Below are positions 13,748 through 27,452 of a stretch of 64,000 bases of DNA, piece by piece. The notes below the pieces were generated by a model. The model worked only from the letters and a program-made list of their open reading frames with translations, searched no databases and was not told the origin of the DNA. Both the position numbers and the translations under genes were made by a program. The number at the start of each line of letters is the position of its first letter. The first letter of the stretch is position 1. The stretch lies in assembly GCA_010093815.1 (NCBI GenBank), contig ML996568.1. One strand, written 5' to 3'. The DNA is from Pseudovirgaria hyperparasitica. Its lineage: Eukaryota.

Positions 13748-14719
13748 ATGTCCAGCTTTCACAACCGCAACGTTAGGTACGAGACACTCTGAATATAGCT
13801 GCTTATATTCCTACTCACTTTTGTCTCCTCCAGACTCAATGGCCAGACCGAGACCGCTGATGGCGATTTTGTGATGTATGACCACGAGGAAGTGCCATCA
13901 CATTCACGCAAGCGTAAAGCTACCGCCGACGTCTACGATCGCGGAAGCTCCACCGACGAAGACGCTGCCCCGTCTCCAACCCGTCGCTCCAATGCCGAGT
14001 TTCGCAGAACCCTACCTAAACCAGACTCTAACCGCCGCTCTGCGGGTACACTGTTCCTCGAAAATGAAGACTTAGAACTCGACGAAGGCCTCGAAGATGA
14101 TGAAAACTCCCAAGACGGAGACTTTACCACCGCTGGGACCAGTGATCACTCTTCCTCACCGATGCCCAATTCGCCCCAGAACCGTTCCATAAATCTTGCT
14201 GTCCGTGAACCCTACCTCGAGGCCCCGGTTCATCTCTCCCGTGCCCATCACTTAAAGCGTAACCCGCCCAAAGTCACACCAAAAATACACTACTCAAAGC
14301 GTTCCATGCCCGAACACGACCCTGAGAACCACGAAATCCTGCGCCTTCGCACCATCGAGAAACTTCAGTGGAGTGAAATTGCCCGCCTACTCAATGCTGA
14401 CCGCGCAGCCGCCGGCATTCCAGGCCTCCTCACCGACGCTGCTGTCTACGGGCGTTTCGTTCGCAATGGACCACGTATTGCGGCCCTGGAGGGCAAAGAG
14501 CTGGATCCCAAGGATTATATGCATATCCGTCACAAGAAGTTAACAAGGCAGGAGCCGGAGAAATTTGCACAGTGGACGCCAGCACACGACGAGGCGCTGG
14601 TGCACAGCTTGTTTCAGGCCGAAGACGAATTGTGGAAGAGGGTTGCGGAATTGTTAGAGGATAAGACAGGCATGCCATTTGATGCGCAGGACTGCTTTAA
14701 GCGATATCAATTGATCTAG
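13748..14719 (+). CDS. Hypothetical nuclear protein with two Myb/SANT-like repeats
   Basis: ATG at 13748, intron about 13777-13833, then the 282-aa ORF. Acidic/disordered N-half, then EILRLR..LQWSEIARLLN...AVYGRFVRN and WTPAHDEALV...LWKRVAELL...CFKRYQLI (Trp-spaced Myb-like helices). Confidence 0.7.
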
Positions 14720-15732
14720 GGTGAGATGCCTATGGTCGTCCATGACATTTCGAGTTGATAATGGCGGTAAGGATCGTCATCACTTACGCAAAATATCGCT
14801 CGGCGGGATCATGGTCATGAAATTGGACGACGAGTGTCTCATGATCTAGCGTCACCTGGATATCGGATGTTCACGTGTAGTGTTAGGCTGGAAATGAGAC
14901 TACGATGCATGCACATGGCTTACTTAATGGCGTTACTCTACATGGTTCTTTACTCTAAAAGATACTAAGTCTATATTTTAAGTCTTAGGCTCTCTTAGCT
15001 CCTTTGTTGGTAATGGCTTTTTGCAGTATATGATTTTGGTGGTTCCATGGTCCTGCCTAAGATATCACACACACTAGGACTCTGTTGTATCTAACAGATT
15101 ATCTTCTAGGCTAAGCAGTGATAGATATAATAATGATAGTACCTGCTTATCACTAATTTTTCACATGACTGTGAGACACTCTGCGGGAAGATGTTGAAAA
15201 TGGTGGAGGTCACGCCCATATGTATCCTCGTAATTTTCGCTTCGAATTGCGATCGAGAATACTGCAAGCGAACTTGCCAGCTGTATTAGAATTACAGATT
15301 CGATAACGTATATGTGATCTATTACTGTAGATAGCGGTAGAATGACTTCGCATGACAGTGATGACTCGATAAGCAAGTATTTTAGCGCCATATTCGTACT
15401 ACCGAAGTGGAAGAACTAATTTAGGGTTTGCGTGTATACTAGCGAAAATATAAACATTCGGATGACGCAGCAACGTGTCCACACGATATGCGATTATTCC
15501 GAGTCCATGTAATAGATAGTATTTGCAGTGCCTCGTAGCATAGTAGTATGCCTTTCAAGGAGTTTGCAAGCTGTATTCTTACGCGAGCGAAGCGCGAGCG
15601 AAGCGATCAACGACAATGTCTTTATGTTTTTTCTTCCCGGCCCTCTCAATACCTGCCAAGACCTCTTGGTCGTGATCGAAGGAAGGGTTCGTCATATCTT
15701 TATGTGTCAGCCTATCAGACCTGAAACTGTCA

Positions 15733-16248
15733 CTAAGTGCCATACTCATTAAAGTATAATGACTCATCATCGTCGGAGTCGTAGTCATAATCGTCCTCAT
15801 CGTCGGAGTCAATGTCGACATAGTTGCTGTACATTGGCCTCCGCATCAGCCCCATCCGTCCGCGACGGCACATGTCGTCGTCATCGAAGCCCATGAATTG
15901 GTTTTGCCCTCGTCCAGTGCCTCCAAATAATCTTCCACGTCCACCTCGAAGTCCACCTCGAAGTCCACCTCCAAGTCCACCGCCGAGCCCACTTCCAACT
16001 CCATCGTACCGGCCTAATGCGGCTTGCATTCTTCGATATGCAATCATGGGGTTCTCAGCGTATGGATTCCGTCCCATATTCACCGGGTACCGTTCGAGAT
16101 CGGCTGGCTGGCTCCCCATGTGCCTTTGGATGATGGCTCGCTGATTCAGCCGACGGGCGGCAGCGTAACGACTTCCCTCCTGTTCCCGAAGGTGGCTGCC
16201 GCGATGGCGAGGCATGCAACCCCGATTGCCAAATGCATTACCGAACAT
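15733..16248 (-). CDS. Hypothetical Gly/Arg-rich (RGG-like) protein with acidic tail, 171 aa
   Basis: Open frame with GGLGGGLRGGLRGGRGR repeats (12-bp DNA repeat near 15940-15990) and a DSDDEDDYDYDSDDDE tail. A TATA-like run lies upstream at about 16538-16545. Confidence 0.55.
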   Translation of the reverse strand: MFGNAFGNRGCMPRHRGSHLREQEGSRYAAARRLNQRAIIQRHMGSQPADLERYPVNMGRNPYAENPMIAYRRMQAALGRYDGVGSGLGGGLGGGLRGGLRGGRGRLFGGTGRGQNQFMGFDDDDMCRRGRMGLMRRPMYSNYVDIDSDDEDDYDYDSDDDESLYFNEYGT

Positions 16249-17401
16249 TGACTCGGCTTGTGTGTGATGGCTAGATTACCGTTTGGAATGGACTCTGTGC
16301 TAACAGTAAAGAGTTCGTGTTGAAGCTCATCTGTGTGTAGGTGAAAAGCTCAGATATGTTGAAGTGAGATATTGAGGTGCAAAGAGCAGACATATGGAGG
16401 CAAGGGCATGTTGAGCATATGGATGTAGTATGCGCTGGGCGCAGTAATGAGTATACGTCGAGGACAAACATTCTTACATGTCTGTGTCGCCAGACCTGCT
16501 GTAAGTATTTGCACGTTAGCAGAAGTCGTGTACAGCTATATATATGATAGGCCAGTTGTATGTCGACCAATGTAGGACAGCGAACTTGATCCTTGATGTT
16601 TGTCGCATTTGTGTGAAGGTATGCGATGTCGCCAGTGGCGAATGCTTGTCAACCCTGGCAACGAAACCTGGTCTTCCCTCTCAGTCTCGCGTGGGCTTTC
16701 ATAAGTTTGGATCAGGAAGGATCTGGCTAGTTTCTCAAACTGTCAGAGTTCTGTTGTTGGCGAGACGAGCTTGGCATGTCGTGTTTGGAATGAAGCAAAC
16801 GCAAACTTGGGCAAGACTAGAACTCTTGACAAGTAAAAAGGGGTATGAAGCTGACGCGGATAGGATCGCAAAGTGACCAAAGAACAGAGCAAGACTCGTG
16901 CATGATGAACATGTTGTGTTGCGACAACACGGGTGTCCAGAGTCATTCACGACTAATTCACGAGGTCCAGGGCGGCGATTTATATCGGATGAATGAGCTG
17001 GAGGTTCCAACTTAGACATTTGCTTAGTAAGAGTAGTCTAGCGCGCGGCGGTGGCAGGAGCTTTCTCGAGAGGCGAGGAGCCATCGCTGAAATCCTGCCG
17101 CTCACCACAATTCATTGGGTACCGCTATCATTTTTCTTTCGACAAAACTTCCACGCCTTACTCGACATCGCGACGAAATCACCTTTGCATCGATCCATCA
17201 TAGCATTCTCGTCCCAAACTTCACGAGTACGTCGCCTGAGTTATTCGTGATGCGTGAGCTCTAGCTTAACTTGACATAGTCACGCATTCCACTCCGCCGC
17301 TCTCATCGTACCGCGCCTCGCTTTCAATAAGTGTCACATCGTAGTCGTCGCGTCCATATCCTTTCACTCCCTTCAGGACATCTTTACACGTATCGCATAC
17401 T

Positions 17402-20400
17402 ATGGCGCCCTCGACTTTCGCCTCGGCAGCTGCAGGGAACAACGCGAATTCTTCGCGCACAGACTCAGACTGGTGAGCCGGCCACCCCAATAAAAAAATA
17501 CACATGAAAATCAATATCAAGGCAAACAATGCATCTTGAGCGAGAGGCTGTAGATGCAATTGATTTAAGCTTGGTTGATTGCCATGGCCCGTCATTTCTT
17601 GTGCTTCGACACCAGCATTGACCTTGAGGTCCACTATGTTGGGAATAAGCATGTTCTAATCTACGTATAGGGCCCGACGTGCCAATGGTGCAACGCAAAC
17701 ATTTCGCCGCTCGTCTCATGCTACTTCATTCTCGACGTCGTCAGCGTCACGCGATCAAGCTGGAAATCCTGCCCCCTCGAATCCTGGTGTATACGTCCCG
17801 CCACATGTGCATTCGAATCGGAACAGTGGAGGCTACTCGAATGATACTCGTTACGGCAAGGATCACCTACTTGAAATTTTTCGCGCACAGAAAGAAGGAG
17901 ACCATCTCAGTAATGGACTTTCCACTCTGTTTGTGCCAGGTTGGCAACCGAGTATTGCGAACGGAGCCTCTACCGCTAGCTGGGGTCGGCGAGAGGAGCA
18001 CGACCGTCAGAACCAACCTGGAGCAGACATCTGCTGGGATCGTGATGGCACGGTAAACCCTATGGGCTTGTCAGAGCCCACTGACGAGGAAAGAGAGGTA
18101 TGCTTTGTTTCTTTCATCCTAGTCCATTTAATTGACGGTTAACCAGATATTCAATTCCTCTGTCAATTCGCCCCTCAAACCTCCAACACAGACTGCTACT
18201 AAAGATGGCAACTCGAAGGACAATCTCAACTTGCGCAAAACTTCGATTTCTCATCAAGCCCTCAATAGCCCGGGTGCGTTTGGTCTATCCTCACCAACAG
18301 GATCGCGCTCTACTAGACGCCGAGACACCAGTGATGCGTATCCATTCCCGAATCCTGTCACGTCTCCTAGCACCTCTAGATTTCCCCGCGAAGAGACCTC
18401 CAGCGCAGTAACGCCACCACCCTCGCTTATTCGCAGACGAACAGACCTTAAGGATCCTCCATCATCTGAGGATAAGGATAAGGAGAAGTCGAGGGACGCT
18501 GATGCACCCAACCCATTCGGAAGTCTCAAGCGCACGACGACCGCGCCATTTGCGGGTGCAATTGGGTCACCAACATCCCCCTGGTCCGCCGGTCCCCAGA
18601 GCGCTGGCTTCGGTGTTTTCGGAAATTTCGCAATCGGAACGGGCGGTCAGGTCGGACCTACCAATGACAAAAGGCTAGGCTTTGGTAGCTTGAAGGGCGA
18701 GAGTAGATTCAAAGGTCTCATGGCAAAGGACAGCGCAGAGGACATCAGTAGATCGATGAAGGAGAAAGGCTCATCAGGTACGCTAGCGAGGGCACCGGAA
18801 ACGGAGAGCTCACGCGATATCACCTCCTGGTTGGATTCCAGATCTAAGCGTACACCTGCAGACACCGAAGAGGACCTAGTAGAAGATGATCTGCTTTCAG
18901 GAAGCGCTGCTCTAGGCGGCCAGGATGCCAGTCCCCCGCGCCGCCAAACCACAGGATTCGGAACACCCAGCAAGCCTGATACACGAGATGATGGATTTTC
19001 TGCCTTTGGAATGACTTCTGATAATACAGGGGTCCCAACATCCTTCGTCAATCGTGAGAACTATCAGCAGCAGACACCTCAATCGCGTCTGCGCGGCGCA
19101 CAACAAGAGCCTTTAAGCAGTCCGACAACCACCAATCCTTACCATAGTCCAGAAAATGACAGGACGGGCGGAGATCACCACGACGCCGAAGGCTCCGACG
19201 ATCATAATACGCATCTGCCTGGTCTGGGCGGATTTGATTCTAGATCAGGCCAGTCGGGTCTTCTTGATCATTCTGGCGTCCTACGTGGTGGTGGTGCGCC
19301 ATATCAACAACATGATACAGCAGCAAGCGATCGGAGTCAGACGTCTAGTGTTGGGGCCAATCGAGGCATACCAGATTTGGGCAGTACCAGCCTTGCAGGA
19401 CTCGGAGGTGGTCTTCCCGGCCTTGGAGGGCCCGGGCTACCCTCGTGGCCTATAGGCACAGCTGGAGTTCCGTCTGGGAGAGACAGATTGGCCTTTGGGG
19501 CATTTGGAGACCCAATGTTCGGATCTGGAGGTGACCTCCATTCTCCTAGCATCGCTGGACTAGGCCCAAGTAATGGCTTTGGTCCAGGCAGTGGCACTAT
19601 CGGACGTAGCAGCAAGATGGGTTCTCTGTTCCCGGCTGCGATGCAAGAACAGATGCGAACTGGAGACCACAACCGGCACGGCGACGACGTTCAGTATGAG
19701 GCTGGTGAGCGAGCTCCCATTGGCCAGAGTGCTTACGCTAGGAATGCTTTTGGTGCCCCTGGATCGGGTCATCCTGCACGTGATTCTGAGAGTCCTTTCC
19801 GCGGCGGACGGAGCAATATGGAGGAATTCGATAACAATCATCGCAATTCTCGTGACAGTGGATCTTTATCTGATACTGCTAACACTCCATTTGGCATTTC
19901 ATCTGCACAGCAGAACCCTCAACTAGCCACTCAAGGCAGTGCAAGCCAGCTACGAAATGCGCAGTCTCAAAATCAAGGCGTGAGTAGCTCAGCATCAAAT
20001 CAGCCCCCCGCTGCGCAGCAAAGGACTATGGTCATGCCCGACAGAATGAGATGGATCTACAGAGATCCCCAAGGTGCCACTCAAGGACCGTGGTCTGGTC
20101 TCGAAATGCACGACTGGTACAAGGCTGGATTCTTCTCTCCTGAGCTCCTGGTCAAGAAAGCTGAGGATCCCGAATATGAGCCCCTGGCGCAGCTCATTCG
20201 CCGAATTGGAAACTCTCGTGAGCCTTTCTTGGTCCCCCAGATTGGTATACCTCACGGCCCTGCGCCGGCACAATCCAGTACCAACCAGTGGCCGGGCACT
20301 GGTACTGCCCCGGGTACTCAACCTCCTTTCGCGAACAGCTTCCCTAGCTTTGGCACGACCCTGACAGCAGAACAGCAGAACGCACTTGAGCGCAGGAAGC

Positions 20401-22477
20401 AAGAGGAACAATGGCTCATGGCCCGTCAGAAAGAGCACCTCGCCCAACAACAGGTCATCGGCAAATCATCAATTCCAGGACTCAACCAGCATGGAATACT
20501 TACTCAACAATTACATCATCATTCCAGTGCTCACAGTCTCCATAGTCAGCCTAGTTTTGGTAGTATCACATCACCAGGCGGTTATCAACCCTCGCCTACC
20601 CAAGGCGCTGTGCCTGGATCACAAGGCGTTCCGGGATTCTTTGACAATTCATTCAGAACCCCATCTCAAATGCCGTCTATTGGCGTTTCTGGTGCACAGA
20701 TGGACATGCTGGGTAACATCAGAGAGGAGCAATTACCAGGCATGATGGATCGCCTGAACTTACGTACGAATCAGCCTGGGTTTGGTGGTGTACCAGCGCC
20801 CTATGGAAATCAGCAACAACCCGACTCTAATAATCATGAGCAGGTCGCCGCCATGCTTAATGACCGCTCGAGGTTACAGCGCGAACAAGCCGAACACGAT
20901 GCGAAGCACCAAAACCTAAGTCAGCACGATCAGGACGCAATTGCTCAAGCATCTGCTGAGCGCCTGCGTCAGTTTTATGACCTTCAGTCGCAGTCGGAAG
21001 CAGACCAGGGTGCACCTGCTTCTGAGGCAGCTGGTAGCGTCATTGGCAAGACTTCGGGGTCCTCCGCAGATAGCGAGTCCGAGGAGGAAGGTTTATACCG
21101 GGAAGATGAGGAGGCGCCCGCTACAGATGATGCATACAAATCCAAGACTGAGCCACTATCTTTGACCGAGCAAGTTCAGAAGACTGCATCGGCCAAGCAA
21201 ACACCAGTACAGCAATCACCGTGGGCAAAAATTGATACCTCAATGCCACATCCGTTTCCGCCACCAGTCTCACAGTCACCGCTGCCTGCTCCATCTGCTC
21301 AGCGAAAACAAAATTTAGCCGATGCCCTGACTGCCGAGACTCGATCGCAGACGGCGACACCCTCTGTAGAGACTCCCAGCGCATCTATCGCACCTTGGGC
21401 GAAAGAGCCTGCAGAGGCTCCCAAGGGTCCGTCGTTGAGGGAGATTCAGGAAGCAGAGGCCAAGCAAGCAGCGCAAAAAGAGGAATTGGCGGCGAATACG
21501 CGTCGGATTCAACAGGAGAGGGAACTACAAGCCCTGACGAATGCTCCAGCTCCAGCTCCAGGGCTTCCATCTAGTTCTACGTGGGCAAGTGGTGCATCAC
21601 CACTAACACCAAGCTCGGCGACAGCTGCTTCCCCTTGGGCAAAGACGGTGCCGACCAAGACACCAGCTCAAATTGCAGCAGCAGCCAAGAAGACACTTGC
21701 GCAAATACAAAAAGAGGAGGAGGCTCGTAAGTTGCGCACCGCTACAACTCTCCCCAACACGGTGTCTGCATCGGCTGCTCCACTCGCCTCTGGCAAACGC
21801 TATGCCGACCTTGCCAGCAAGCAAGCTGGCATGCCTCCCAATGTGGGCGGTAGCGTGTGGACTACGGTTGGCGCTAGCGGAAAAACGAAGACTCCCGTCA
21901 CGTCTACTCCGAGCGGGCCTGCTTCCGTGCTGAGAACGGCTTCTGCTTCCATCGTGCCGGGAACTAGCCCGAAGCCGAAGCCTGCAAGCAGCACGGCAAA
22001 TGCTGGAAGAAGCATGACTACTGGAGGACCTATTGCTAGCACTGCGCATGCTTTAGAAGAGGTCAGGAAGTGGGCAATCGCAGAGCTCAAGAAGGATCTT
22101 GAAGCTGTCCCGGGTAAGTCTGATCTCAAAACTTGTACATGGAGAAACAATCACTAAACGACACCTCAGCTGGCGAACTCGTGGCCACTCTTCCATTCCT
22201 CCCGATGGAGGTGGATTTTATCACAGAGACAGTGCACTCAGTTAGCAAGACGATCGATTCTCGTCACTTTGCCGAGGAGTATCTCAAGCGGTACAAGCTT
22301 GCGCAGAAGGGCATCATTGAGTCTTCTTCACCTTCCAACGAAAGTAAAAGTGCAGAATCAGGTAAAGGTGGATGGAGTGAGGTCGCGAAGAAGGGTGGAA
22401 GTGCTGCACCTGCGAAGGAAGAGCCAGCAGTCAATTTCAAGGTTGTGGCGTCCAAGAAAAAGGGCACAAAGCGTTGA
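17402..22477 (+). CDS. GYF-domain protein (Smy2/Syh1/GIGYF-like translational repressor adaptor)
   Basis: ATG at 17402 (MAPSTFASAAAG). Introns 17473-17670, about 18098-18147 and 22114-22169. N-terminal RYGKDHLLEIF resembles a YxxxxL-phi eIF4E/4EHP-binding motif. GYF domain WIYRDPQGATQGPWSGLEMHDWYKAGFF. C-terminal DSRHFAEEY...FKVVASKKKGTKR. Confidence 0.9.
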
Positions 22478-23892
22478 AGTAGCTAGAAGCAGCTGTACGG
22501 ATCAAGAGGGCGTGTTTTGGAAAATGAAGGAATATCCGACGCCGGCACTACAAGATGTACTCTGACGGGAACACTGGTAACTGTACAGATAGCAGAATCA
22601 CTAGAGTGAGTATATGGCAAGGTTCGTCTGTGTGCGACCCATGCTCTGGCCACGACATGATTGCAAAGGCATTCCAGACACATGAATGACTTGCAGCACA
22701 TGAGTCAGCAAGTACTAACTAGTACGTTCAACTAACAAGTCATGGGATCGATGTAGACAACATAGACAACGGGACAAAGATGCAGCATGACTTATCATTG
22801 GACGAAAGTTCCCCCAGCGGCTGTGCACGATAAGGGACGGGATCAATCTCATGCTGTGAAGGACTTGGCCAATGACTACTCATCCATGCAACAATGTTCA
22901 TTCATCCCGAGTCACATCAACACATCTCTGTGCTTGGCAATACCCCGTGATGTATCGTCCATCCCTCGACCCACATTCGATGAGGTTGTATAGTAAAAGT
23001 GATTATTATTGTTATTATAATTTCAAGTGAGCAACTCGCTCTGGAGAAACAGGTGGATGGAATGACGGCTCGAGCCCTCAGCGCACCGAGGATCGAGCAT
23101 TGAGACGAGTGCAGGTCACTGTGTCATAATATGATACTGGTATGGCGACGTGTTGTCGGGCTACGACCCATGCATGCATGGATATGCGGCTTGTGGATAT
23201 ACATCATCTAGCTCGGCATTCAATTCAACTATCAGTTATCAATTATTGTTTGTGACGCCGATGATAGACTTGCTGCGGATAATTAATTACCTGCCTGGCT
23301 GACAATTGGGTTTAGGGGTGGTGCAGGCAAGAGATTGACGGGCGGCGCCACCAAATCCAGGTGGGTAGCTCCCCCCTTTTGGCTAGCTGGCTAGCTATAG
23401 TACGCTGGGGGCACCCTGCACGCTACAGTGCGTCTTCCCACTAAACACAATCTGCAGCCAAAGCCATTTTTCTTCCCAATCAGCTAGGAGAATGCATGGG
23501 AGTTGCGAGTTGCATGCTCGACTGACTTCCACGCCAGATTCCCTTCTCGACGCGCACATCTGCTACAATCCTTCCCTCTCTAACCTCCTCCTTCGCCGCC
23601 TTTCCTTCTCCTAGGTGCATCTCGACCTTTTCTTTGTTTACGCCTCACATGTTCCGTTTCCTCGCTGCTTCATAGTCGCGCGTGAAATTGGTCGCTGCTG
23701 CGAAACCCCAGAACACGATATCAGAGTCGCTCGTTACGCTCATGATTCCATCCAGATCCACTCGCTTTCTTGGTGCCACCGACCTTGTACACAGCTTCTC
23801 CTCTTAATCTACCACCTTTCAAACACGTCAATTGTCTCTCTTTTGCCGAGGACTACCATACCCACTTTCACTGGTATCGATAAATAGTCTCA

Positions 23893-26800
23893 ATGAGGAG
23901 ACGCTCATCCGGTTCCGCGACAGAGGATGACGACCTTTCACAACTCTCTCCTTCATCCACCTCCAGTCATAGCGATAAGCCTAGGGAAAGATCCACAGAT
24001 GCACGCAATACTCCACGGAAGAAGGGTAATGCGAAGGAGAGGAGGCGACGTAATGACGGAGTAGCGAGAACGGACATGACCAATTCGACCGAAGCTTGGG
24101 CCAAAATCCAAACGGCTTCGCCCGGCAAAGAGAAGGCTGCTCTCCACATATCTCAGAAGGAGCTGAAGCAAGAGAAGAAGATGGAGACCGTACATCGCAA
24201 ATTCACCAGCTGGCGAAATCCCTGGTCATCTTCTTTCTGGACCATCGGCGCCACCCTTGCTGCTCTGGCACTTCTAGCCACTATCGGCTACTCCTTTACG
24301 ACATGGCAATTAGATCCCAAGGGGTGCGCGATGTGCTATATGCGACCTTCATTTGTCAAATACACGGGTTTTGATACCGAACATACACCTTTCGCGAGCA
24401 AGTACTCGTTGTATTTATACCGTGAGGGTGTCATCGACGAGGATCCGAAAGTATATAATACATCGACCCCCTCAAAATGATCTGCACTGACCTCATCTAG
24501 CTCAAAGGTGTTCCGGTGCTTTTTATACCAGGGAATGCCGGTAGCTACAAGCAAGTACGACCACTCGCCGCCGAAGCTGCATACCATTGGCACGATGCCT
24601 TGCAATACGATGCTGGAGCTATAGGAGCTGGCAAGCGTCCTCTGGACTTCTTTTCGGTTGACTTCAATGAAGACATCACCGCTTTCCATGGTCAAACTCT
24701 CCTCGATCAAGCACAGTACTTAAACGATGCAATCTTATACATTCTCTCCTTGTACCACGATCCATCGCAGTCGAATCGAGACCGAGACTTACCAGACCCA
24801 AGCTCTGTCATCCTAGTTGGACACTCGATGGGAGGAATAGTGGCAAGGACTATGCTCATTATGCCAAACTACCAGCCAAATTCCGTCAATACCATACTCA
24901 CCCTGGCCGCGCCGCACGCTCGACCTCCTGTCTCGTTTGATGGAGAAATTGTCCGGATATACTCAGATATCAACCACTACTGGCGGCATTCCTACTCGCA
25001 AAATTGGGCAAATGATAATCCTCTATGGCATGTGACCTTGATTTCAATTGCGGGAGGAGGTTTAGACACGATCGTACCCTCCGACTACGCCAGTGTGGCC
25101 TCACTGGTTCCCGATACTCATGGCTTTACGGTGTTTGCTTCAACGATACCGAACGTGTGGACTGGTATGGATCACTTGGCAATCACATGGTGCAACCAGC
25201 TGCGGAAAAGCATCGTTCGCGCATTGTATGACGTGGTAGATGTCAATCGCCCTGCACAGACTACGAGACGTGCGGAACGAATGACGACGTTCAAGAAATG
25301 GTTCTTGACGGGGCTAGAAGATGCCGCCGAGAAATCTCTGCAACACCAAGGTACGGACAATCGACTTTTCCCCGCTATGTACAAATACTGACTTAATTCG
25401 GTAGATACCAACATTCTTTTGACGATTGAAGATGAATCCACTCCGGTAGAGTCTCCGGGAGGTCGACTTACTTTACGAAATTTAGGTGATTCCAAGAGGC
25501 CTCAGGCTTATTTGATCCCTGTGCCACTCCAAGGTGCCTCAGATGCATACAGATTCACACTCCTATCGGATCAAAAACTCGATTTTGCTGGTGGTAACGG
25601 AAAGCTCGAAGTCTTGTTCTGTAGCGTATTCCCACAATTCTCCGGACAGGTCGCCTCGGGCTTTGACATTAATATAGACTTGTCCCACGGGACTGAAGGA
25701 CCTAAAACACGTATGGCATGTAAGGACTCGGCCGCTGATACAATAATCCTTCCTGCCTCTACGGGAGATTCTGTGTTTCCTTTCGATGACCGAGCGCCGT
25801 TCTCATATCTCCAATACAGCGTCAACGAGCTTTCAGAGCATCAATTTGTTGCTATTTTAGACAAGTCTTATGAAGTCCATACTGGCTTCCTTCTAGCGGA
25901 GTTCAGTTCGGACCTAGACTCTGTCATCCGCTCCAACGACAGACTTGAGGATCTAGTAGCACATGGCCTAAATGTGGAGCTCCCTGCGAAGCGACCCCTC
26001 TCTGTCGATGTCAAGATCCCGGCACTTAAATCCAGCTTGCTAGCATATACCCTCAGAGTTACTGGAGGTACTTGTATGTCGACACCTCAACTCTTCGCGC
26101 CATTCGTTCGGCAATATGTCAGTGACGTTCATGAATCGAAATTCTTTACCAACGTCAAGGAGACCAATATCAACGTTCACGGTGTTGCTCCTTACATGCC
26201 ACCAAACCTTGAGAAGGGCACGAAGCCTGGTGAAGGTCTTGCGCTCCAGATATGGACTGATCCGACCTGTGAAAATCCCATTGAGCTGCATCTGAACCTC
26301 GATATTCTCGGAAGTATGGGCAAACTATGGATGCGGTATCGTTTCGTCTTTGCGGCGTTCCCCCTCTTGGTGGTTGCCTTGATTCTCAGAAAGCAATTCA
26401 AGATATACGACCAGGAAGGGGTTTTCATGAGTTTCTCAGAAGCGCTCAATCAGTGTCTCAAGACCTCATTGCCTGTCCTCATACTTGCACTGACCTTCTT
26501 CTCGACCTCGCTGGCGAGAGCAAGTATGTTGTCGGCTGGGACTACATCACCTTATGATTGGTTTCTACGCCCCTTTGTCAACACCGGAGGTATGGTCTCT
26601 GCAATTGACTACTCCAAGAATGACTTTCTTCTCGGCTTCCAGGATGCTTTCTTCTGGTTTCTCGTACCTTTGTTTGGCTTGATCTCTACCGGCATTTGCG
26701 TTCTTCTGAACTTTACAGTGTTGACTCTGACTCACATCTTTGCTCTCATATACGGCAAGATTAGTTACGTACCACTTAGAAATGACAACTCAAGGTATGT

Positions 26801-27452
26801 ACTGCATCTTGGTATAGACTACGCGCTGTTATTGATTATAAGTAGAAGAGGTCTTGGAGCTTTCGCATCCACCAGACGACGCGTGCTCTTTACTGGCATA
26901 CTGCTTCTGCTAGTATCTACGGTAATACCCTATCATTTTGCATACGTTGTGCTTTGCATTGTACAAGTCGCAACATGCACCAGAGCATACCGGCTGGCCC
27001 AAGATACCGGTTCAGCCGCCAACTATAACTTCTATAATTACACGCACTCGATACTGGTCTTCATGCTTTGGATACTACCTATCAACATACCTGTCCTGGT
27101 TGTTTGGTTACGCAACCTAGCAATACAATGGGCGACGCCGTTCTCCTCACATCACAATATCCTACTTATCATGCCTATAATACTCCTGGTGGAGACCCTC
27201 ACGACCGGTCGGATGATACCTCGAGTCACTACCAAAGTTCAATATCTTACCAACATGTTCCTATTTGGACTAGCTGTATACGCCGCGGTGTTTGGGATCA
27301 CCCGCGGATACATTTTACATCATCTCGCCAATGCACTATGCGCCTGGCTTGTGGTCATACATGCCTCGGCAAATTCAATCTCCGCGTCCACTTTGACGAC
27401 CCTCCTCGATCGCCGACCTATACAATACAGCCGGCCTAAGAAGCGGCCCTAG
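23893..27452 (+). CDS. BST1: GPI inositol-deacylase Bst1 (PGAP1 family)
   Basis: N-terminal TM then CAMCYMRPSF. PVLFIPGNAGSYKQVR, lipase motif GHSMGG, DH motif and many C-terminal TM helices. Introns near 24451-24500, 25351-25403 and 26795-26845. Confidence 0.93.

Noticed and set aside
14930..15140. AT-rich patch as a transposon
   Set aside because: TpA-rich but short, with no terminal repeats or coding remnant; at most a RIP-like relic.
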